A stretch of DNA of 14,278 nt from Nitrosopumilaceae archaeon (GTDB lineage: Archaea; Thermoproteota; Nitrososphaeria; Nitrososphaerales; Nitrosopumilaceae): NCBI GenBank assembly GCA_052389415.1, contig JBQTHX010000021.1, positions 1-14,278 on the forward strand. The letters run 5' to 3'. Shown one piece after another: positions 8,558 to 14,278 of this stretch. The notes under the pieces were generated by a model that was not told where the DNA came from, searched no databases, and worked only from the letters and a program-made list of their open reading frames with translations. The position numbers and the translations under genes are program-made. The stretch's first letter is position 1; each line of letters begins with the position of its first letter.

Positions 8558-9294
8558 ATGACTTTTTCAAGCAAGGTCTCATTGCCTATGATTGATCCAT
8601 CAAGAGTTACAATTTTTGCCGTATAGTTTTTTATTCGTTGAATTATCGGAGAAATTGATTTTTTGTATCGTTTCTGACTGGCGTAAAAATATTTGTTAAA
8701 TGTGGGAACTATGATGATCTCTATTTCTCCGTGTAATGATGGAAAAATGGCATTTTTTTCAGTCCTTAATGAAACCCATACTCTTTGACCATCCACTACA
8801 GAGCCCTCGCTGAAAAATACAGGATGAACATGCCCCATGATTATTTTATTAATGTTTGAAAGATTTTCTGTCGGCATAGTATGTCCATGAGTTAGAAGCG
8901 CATCATCAATAACGATTCCGGAGGTACTTGTGACTCTGACGTTGGCTGGCAAGAGTTTTTGGATATTCCCATCATGATTTCCTGGAATTAATATGGTGTC
9001 AATTTCTCTTGCAATTTCAAAAAACAATGGAATTGTCTTCCACTCGATATCAGATATCTTTCCTATGCTTGATTTTATATCACCTAGTAAAATAAGCGAA
9101 TCCGGTTTTTCAGATTTGATAATTGTTCTGATTTGATTTAATGGCTCCTGAATAATCGAGTTGATATCAACATAAATGTCATTTGCTGAAAAGGCATTCT
9201 CAAATCCAATATGCAAATCTGTAACTATCAGGTATCTCCTCAAATCATCTAGAATTAAGGCTGGATGTGATTTGATAATTCTGGTCTTGAACAT
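8554..9294 (-). CDS. Calcineurin-like metallophosphoesterase (MJ0037/COG1407-like)
   Basis: Motifs TDLHIG, LLGD, GNHD, THGH, GHVHP and VPTFN. Start placed at ATG 9294 (MFKTRII), about 30 nt from a minus-strand AAAATTAAG box. The ORF track extends to 9372. Confidence 0.85.
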   Translation of the reverse strand: MFKTRIIKSHPALILDDLRRYLIVTDLHIGFENAFSANDIYVDINSIIQEPLNQIRTIIKSEKPDSLILLGDIKSSIGKISDIEWKTIPLFFEIAREIDTILIPGNHDGNIQKLLPANVRVTSTSGIVIDDALLTHGHTMPTENLSNINKIIMGHVHPVFFSEGSVVDGQRVWVSLRTEKNAIFPSLHGEIEIIIVPTFNKYFYASQKRYKKSISPIIQRIKNYTAKIVTLDGSIIGNETLLEKVI

Positions 9295-9442
9295 GAGATA
9301 ATGTTGTAATGATTCTTTGCTTAATTTTAGGTATTTGCTCCTCCATTTTTTATTTGATTCAGCATAGATCACTATGCTTTGATTTTTCTAACACTCTATT
9401 ATCCTACAATTTTTTTTATATAGCCAGTCTCTATGTGCAGGT

Positions 9443-9745
9443 GTGAAAAAAGACCCTGACAATTTGAATGCAGTTATATCCGGTAAAGGTGTAAAACTTC
9501 ATTATTTTGAACCCAGTCAACGCAAAATCTGGACTGTAGTGGGAAAAGAAAATGAGCATTGGCTTGACCCAGAAATAGGCTATTGCTCTTGCGAAGATTA
9601 TTTCTTTAATACACTTAATGGTGGCGACGAATGTTATCATCTAAAGTCTATTAGAGCAGCAAAAGAACAAGACAAGGTAGAAGTAATACAATTCTCCGAT
9701 GAGGAGTTTTCGAATTTTGTATCAGCTTTAATTTCTGATTTGTAA
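9443..9745 (+). CDS. SWIM zinc-finger protein
   Basis: YCSCEDYFF-x7-ECYHL matches the CxC...CxH SWIM signature. GTG start about 28 nt after TTTATATA (9415-9422). Confidence 0.8.
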   Translation: MKKDPDNLNAVISGKGVKLHYFEPSQRKIWTVVGKENEHWLDPEIGYCSCEDYFFNTLNGGDECYHLKSIRAAKEQDKVEVIQFSDEEFSNFVSALISDL

Positions 9746-9746
9746 A

Positions 9747-10043
9747 CTATAATTTTATTTGGAAAAGATCGTCTTTTGAAACTCCTTTCCAAAGCCCCAC
9801 CATTCCTTCTGGCGCAACATGCTCCACTTTGGTAATTTTTTGAATCTTGATATGATCTGGATTTGGGGGCATCCAAAGCATGGCCATGTAATCGCCAACG
9901 TTTCCTACCTTATCTGGTCTTGCTGATACTATCTTCTCTTTTAAAAATCCACTTGAAACTAGTGCGTTTACTGCAGCAGGTTGAAGATCCATCCTTCCAT
10001 GGACAAAAAGAAAAACTTGTTTTTGGTTGTCTATTTGGCTCAT
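9747..10043 (-). CDS. Small hypothetical protein
   Basis: 98-aa ORF with a globular composition that fills the gap between the SWIM gene and purD. Confidence 0.7.
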   Translation of the reverse strand: MSQIDNQKQVFLFVHGRMDLQPAAVNALVSSGFLKEKIVSARPDKVGNVGDYMAMLWMPPNPDHIKIQKITKVEHVAPEGMVGLWKGVSKDDLFQIKL

Positions 10044-10124
10044 ATCTTATCTTCCTTTGCTATTGTTAATCAATATTTCCCAGCTCAATCTTGGATTATA
10101 TATCAGATGAGAAAAAACAAATTA

Positions 10125-11396
10125 TTGACAAACGTTCTAGTCATTGGTTCTGGCGGAAGAGAACATGCTCTTGGCTGGAAACTATCTCAAAGTAACCACG
10201 TGGATAAAGTCTTTTTTGCACCAGGCAATGGCGGTACAAGCAACAATGTAGACATACCTGTTGAAGATCTTGATAACCTTGCAAAATTTGCCTCTGAAAA
10301 TGAGTGTCTGACTATTGTAGGACCAGAAATTCCTCTTTCATTGGGTATAGTAGATAGGTTCATGGAAAGAAGATTGAGAATATTTGGTCCTACTAAAGTG
10401 GCTGCTCAGCTTGAATCAAGTAAGGTGTGGGCAAAAAATTTCATGAAAAGAAACAATATTCTAACAGCGCGATTTGAGATCTTTGATGATGCAAAAGAAG
10501 CAAAAGAACATGCTAAATCTGTTGACTATTCACTTGTAGTAAAGGCGGATGGTCTTGCAGCAGGAAAGGGCGTCGTTGTTTGTAATAATACCTTGGAGGC
10601 TCTGAATGCAATAGATGAAATGCTAATACAAAATAGATTTGGTGCTGCCGGGTCTAGAATAATTTTGGAAGAACGAATTGACGGTGTTGAAGCATCATAC
10701 ATAGCACTTTCTGATGGGGATACATCAATTCCTATGGCGACAAGTCAAGATCATAAGAGAATTTACGATGACGATAAAGGACCTAATACCGGGGGGATGG
10801 GTGCTTATTCGCCAACACCAGTAATTGACAAGTCTGTTGCAGAAACTATACAACAAGATGTAATCGATAAAACCGTTTACTCTATGAAAAGCGAAGGGAA
10901 TCAATTCAAGGGATTTTTGTATGCTGGAATAATGCTAAAGAATGGAGAACCATATGTTTTAGAATTTAATGCTAGAATGGGTGATCCAGAATGTCAACCC
11001 ATAATGATGCGGTTGGAATCTGACCTGTACGATTATCTCAATGCCAGCATAGATGGTACTCTCACAAAACTACCAAAAATGTCGTGGAAAAAACAAAGTG
11101 CTGTCTGTGTTGTTCTTGCCTCAAAAGGATATCCTGACATTTATCCAAAAAACGATGAAATCTCTGGCCTTGAAATAGAAGATAAAAATTCATTTGTTTT
11201 TCATGCAGGGACAAGGCGCGAGAATGGAAGAATATTCACAAATGGCGGCAGAGTTCTTGGGGTTACTGCTTTGGGGGATACACTTGATGAGGCAATTTCT
11301 AACGTTTATTCAAGAGTTGAAAAAATTTTCTGGCAGAACAAGTATTTTAGGAAGGATATAGGAAAAAGGGGAGTTAATTTAGGTCTGAAACAATGA
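10125..11396 (+). CDS. purD: Phosphoribosylamine--glycine ligase
   Basis: Motifs VLVIGSGGREHA, APGNGG, LESSK..AK.FM, KADGLAAGKGV, QDHKR...GPNTGGMGAYSP, EFNARMGDPE and TNGGRVL. Start probably TTG 10125 (29 nt after TTATATA at 10096) or ATG 10107, not 9981. Confidence 0.96.
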   Translation: MTNVLVIGSGGREHALGWKLSQSNHVDKVFFAPGNGGTSNNVDIPVEDLDNLAKFASENECLTIVGPEIPLSLGIVDRFMERRLRIFGPTKVAAQLESSKVWAKNFMKRNNILTARFEIFDDAKEAKEHAKSVDYSLVVKADGLAAGKGVVVCNNTLEALNAIDEMLIQNRFGAAGSRIILEERIDGVEASYIALSDGDTSIPMATSQDHKRIYDDDKGPNTGGMGAYSPTPVIDKSVAETIQQDVIDKTVYSMKSEGNQFKGFLYAGIMLKNGEPYVLEFNARMGDPECQPIMMRLESDLYDYLNASIDGTLTKLPKMSWKKQSAVCVVLASKGYPDIYPKNDEISGLEIEDKNSFVFHAGTRRENGRIFTNGGRVLGVTALGDTLDEAISNVYSRVEKIFWQNKYFRKDIGKRGVNLGLKQ

Positions 11397-11937
11397 CTTT
11401 GTCCTCCGTGACTATGCAATCTATTCTGATATCGTGATCCGAATGCGGAAATGATTTTATGATCTGTTTTGAATAGCATAATGCTATGGTTCTTGATTTT
11501 TTACTAGAAAGATATTTATCATAATATCCAAAACCATAGCCAAGCCTGTATCCCTCTCTTGTAAGTGCGATTGCTGGAACAATAATTACATCCATATTTT
11601 TTGTTTCTTCACAATAATCCTTTGGTTCCATGACAGAAAAGTTTCCTTCTTCAAGATCTGAGAGACTATTTATTTTTTTGAAAACAAGATCTTTTTTTAC
11701 GACCTTTGGAAGTGATACTTCCTTTTTTGATTTTAGAATGTCTTGTAAAATGTCATAAGTCTTTACTTCACTTCCTATCGAAAAGTATATTCCTATACTT
11801 TGTGCATTTCTAAAAAAATCTACCTTTCTAAGATTATCATGTATCTGATTACTTGTTAGGTTGATAAAATCCAGTGATAAAGAATCCCTGGCATCCAATA
11901 GTTGCTTTCGCAACCTAGATTTTTCAATCTGAGACAA
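11374..11937 (-). CDS. 5-formyltetrahydrofolate cyclo-ligase
   Basis: Motifs K..LRK.L...R, Y.SIGSEV, LPKV, EP, DVIIVPA.A....G.RLGYG.GYYDKYL and HDIRID.IVTE. Confidence 0.93.
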   Translation of the reverse strand: MSQIEKSRLRKQLLDARDSLSLDFINLTSNQIHDNLRKVDFFRNAQSIGIYFSIGSEVKTYDILQDILKSKKEVSLPKVVKKDLVFKKINSLSDLEEGNFSVMEPKDYCEETKNMDVIIVPAIALTREGYRLGYGFGYYDKYLSSKKSRTIALCYSKQIIKSFPHSDHDIRIDCIVTEDKVIVSDLN

Positions 11938-12790
11938 AGCCCTTGCTTATTGAAGCTGCAGTTACACTATTTTTTAAAAGCATTGCAACTGTCATGGGAC
12001 CAACTCCGCCTGGAACTGGTGTGGCAAAGGATGCCTTTTTTATAATTTCATCGTAATCTGTATCACCCATAATCTTCCCGTTCTGTCTGCTAATGCCTAC
12101 ATCAATAATAACTGCGCCTTTTTTTATCATTTCCTCGTGAAGAGTAAACTTAGTTCTATCACCTACTGCTGTTATCAGAATGTCGGCTTTTTGACAATGT
12201 TCCTTAAGATTATTGGTTTTAGAATGGCACATCGTAACTGTGGCATTTTTTTCAAGCAAAAGGTGGTATAATGGCTTTCCCACAAGATTACTACGATTAA
12301 TTATTACCACATGTTTTCCAGTCAAATCAATTTTATAATAATCAAACAATTCCATTATTCCTGAAGGTGTACATGGTTTGAGAATGGCCTTTCCTGATGA
12401 GAGAAGGCCAATATTATATGGGGTTAAACCATCTACATCTTTTATCGGAGAAATTCTTGATAAAGTTGAAAATTCATCTATCTGTTGTGGTAAGGGCAAT
12501 TGAATTAGAATTCCGTGTACAGATTCATCTTTATTTAACAAATCAATAAGGGAATTCATCTCTTTTTGTGAAAATTCCTTGGGAAGTTTATGATCCTTTG
12601 TTACAATGCCAACATCGGCGCATGCCTTTTGTTTATTTTTGACGTAGGTAGCAGAGGCTAAATCTTCACCAACAAGAATTGTTGCAAGACATGGTGTGAT
12701 ACCTTCAGATTTCAATTCTTGCACTGCTTTTCTAACTCTCTCTTTAACAGTGTTAGCAATCAGAATGCCATCTATTTTTTGACCCGTCAC
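11924..12790 (-). CDS. folD: Bifunctional methylene-THF dehydrogenase/cyclohydrolase
   Basis: Motifs IDG..IA, YVKNK, GILIQLPLP, KDVDG, PCTP.GI, NRSNLVGKP and TPVPGGVGPMTVAML. GTG start. Confidence 0.96.
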   Translation of the reverse strand: MTGQKIDGILIANTVKERVRKAVQELKSEGITPCLATILVGEDLASATYVKNKQKACADVGIVTKDHKLPKEFSQKEMNSLIDLLNKDESVHGILIQLPLPQQIDEFSTLSRISPIKDVDGLTPYNIGLLSSGKAILKPCTPSGIMELFDYYKIDLTGKHVVIINRSNLVGKPLYHLLLEKNATVTMCHSKTNNLKEHCQKADILITAVGDRTKFTLHEEMIKKGAVIIDVGISRQNGKIMGDTDYDEIIKKASFATPVPGGVGPMTVAMLLKNSVTAASISKGFVSD

Positions 12791-12861
12791 AAATTTTCAT
12801 ATGGTATATGATATTTAATCTTTGGAGTATCTTAATTATCTATGAGTAGATATGACTAATA

Positions 12862-13407
12862 ATGAATGGTAATGAACATGCCAATTTCATTAGATACGAG
12901 TTGGATAATATCAAAGCAAACCAAATCAATCTTCATGGTGATTGTGTTGCATGTCATATGATTTTTAGGTTAAAGGAAAAACTAAAAAGTTCGGAACAAG
13001 ATGCAGCTGACTTACTTTCTGAAGTTTTGACTAGTAACTCTATTCTTAATCGAGAGTTTATTGATGTTGTAGAAAAAATACATATGAAAGATAGAGGTCT
13101 TGGTGGAACCTTTTCGTTGAGAGATAGAGAATCAAAGGATAGTTATCTTGAAGCTTATTTTTCTAATGTCCTAGATGAGCTGACCTCAGATCTCATCACA
13201 ACATCCCATCAAATAATACTTAGAAAACTTCTTTTAAGCTACCTTGCGTTGTATCTTGCACAAACGATTGGAGTAGATCACCATGCAGCTACAGAAGAGC
13301 TATATTATCTTCTGCGAAAAGATGATAGCAAGGACTCTAAGATAAGCCAACTTGTTGCAAAGTTTGAAGCAAAAATCAAAGCAAATTCTAACCACGAAGG
13401 TATTTAA
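12862..13407 (+). CDS. Hypothetical all-helical protein with a CxxCH motif
   Basis: 181-aa ORF with LHGDCVACH near the N-terminus and a TTAATTA box about 30 nt upstream. No obvious signal peptide. Confidence 0.75.
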   Translation: MNGNEHANFIRYELDNIKANQINLHGDCVACHMIFRLKEKLKSSEQDAADLLSEVLTSNSILNREFIDVVEKIHMKDRGLGGTFSLRDRESKDSYLEAYFSNVLDELTSDLITTSHQIILRKLLLSYLALYLAQTIGVDHHAATEELYYLLRKDDSKDSKISQLVAKFEAKIKANSNHEGI

Positions 13408-13434
13408 CATTAAAGTGCAAAAAGGGAAAAGGCA

Positions 13435-13755
13435 ATGAAATTTGAATTTGATGTCAAAGAGTACGTGAAAAATATTCCAAAAAGTGGAACATATTTTCAT
13501 ACATTCATCAATAATGAGAGTCTTGCAGCAGGAGTGCTAAGATTGGCGCCAGGTGAGGACGATACACAAACTCCACATGATAGTGACGAAATTTACTATA
13601 TTATTGACGGAGATGGTTTTCTAAATATCTCAGGAAAAGATTACCCGATAAGGGAGGGATGGGCATATTTTGTTAGTAAAAAAGTTGAACATAAATTTCA
13701 TGGAAATAAGAGAGAACTAGTAGTGCTATATTTTTTTGGTGGTCCTGATTCTTAA
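13435..13755 (+). CDS. Cupin-domain protein
   Basis: Cupin motifs PH.SDEIYYIIDG.G and G...FV.....HKF. Confidence 0.88.
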   Translation: MKFEFDVKEYVKNIPKSGTYFHTFINNESLAAGVLRLAPGEDDTQTPHDSDEIYYIIDGDGFLNISGKDYPIREGWAYFVSKKVEHKFHGNKRELVVLYFFGGPDS

Positions 13756-14278
13756 GAAATTATTGTCCTTCTACCTATTATCTTGATTCTTTTTTCAGCA
13801 AAAAGTTTTACAGCTTTAGAATAAATGATGTGTTCTTTATCAAGAATTCGTTTTGACAATGTTTCTTCAGTATCGTTATCTTTGACTCTAACGACAGCTT
13901 GTATGATGATTGGTCCTGTGTCAACTCCTTCATCAACAAAATGAACCGTACACCCAGAATATTTTACACCATAATCAAGGGACTGTTTTTGTGAGTGTAA
14001 TCCTGGGAAAGAAGGTAAAATTGAAGGATGAATGTTCATTATTCTTCCTTTGAAATGTCTGATGAACTCTGGACTAATTATTCTCATGAATCCTGCAAGA
14101 CAGACTAGTCCATTTTTTGGTGTTACATTGTTTTTTTCCAGGATTGCTACAATTTTTTTATCATAATCCCAACTTCCGCCTTTGATTCCTTTTGACTCGA
14201 TTACTTCCGTTTTGATTCCAAACTTTTTTGCTATGTCTAATCCTTTTGCATTGGTATTGTTTGAAATAACTAGTACTG
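13752..14278 (-). CDS. purN: Phosphoribosylglycinamide formyltransferase, 5'-truncated by the window edge
   Basis: The frame is open to the window end (VLVISNN..AKGL..AK.FGI...LVCLAGFMRI). Motifs NIHPSILPSFPG, G.KYSGCTVHFVDEGVDTGPII and EH..Y. Confidence 0.95.
   Translation of the reverse strand, partial: VLVISNNTNAKGLDIAKKFGIKTEVIESKGIKGGSWDYDKKIVAILEKNNVTPKNGLVCLAGFMRIISPEFIRHFKGRIMNIHPSILPSFPGLHSQKQSLDYGVKYSGCTVHFVDEGVDTGPIIIQAVVRVKDNDTEETLSKRILDKEHIIYSKAVKLFAEKRIKIIGRRTIIS

Noticed and set aside
9245-9346. 33-aa minus-strand ORF (MEEQIPKIK...) overlapping the phosphoesterase start
   Set aside because: It is short, has no motif and has no independent support.
9981-10124. N-terminal extension of purD from the ORF track
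   Set aside because: It overlaps the divergent gene, lies upstream of the TATA-like box, and has no PurD similarity.
810-13500. Short antisense or alternate-frame ORFs (810, 1275, 1506, 1998, 3052, 4473, 4806, 5395, 6000, 6367, 6664, 7543, 9431, 9637, 9863, 13300)
   Set aside because: They are shadows of well-supported genes and have no motifs.
1-14278. tRNA, rRNA, CRISPR arrays, transposases, integrases
   Set aside because: None recognised. The intergenic spaces are short and lack such structure.

Overview
AT-rich archaeal window. Gene content and order suggest an ammonia-oxidising Nitrososphaerota/Thaumarchaeota, Nitrosopumilaceae-like (inference). From left to right: a partial hypothetical gene; a TrmB-family regulator divergent from a cell-division-like operon (diverged ESCRT-III/CdvB paralogue, unknown coiled-coil protein, Vps4/CdvC AAA+ ATPase); carA-carB; a metallophosphoesterase; a SWIM zinc-finger protein; a small hypothetical; purD; 5-formyl-THF cyclo-ligase; folD; a CxxCH hypothetical; a cupin; and partial purN. 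The main finding is in carB, which begins at about 5294 (CTG), not 5573. Its conserved IGEAGE-FDYSG motif is interrupted by a 21-nt, stop-containing insert (5369-5389) that folds with its flanks into a relaxed bulge-helix-bulge. Cutting at the canonical positions restores the motif exactly, so this is a candidate tRNA-endonuclease-type intron in an mRNA. A matched CGC-UAA...CGC ribosomal bypass is a weaker alternative. carA also appears to lack a canonical start codon for its conserved N-terminus.
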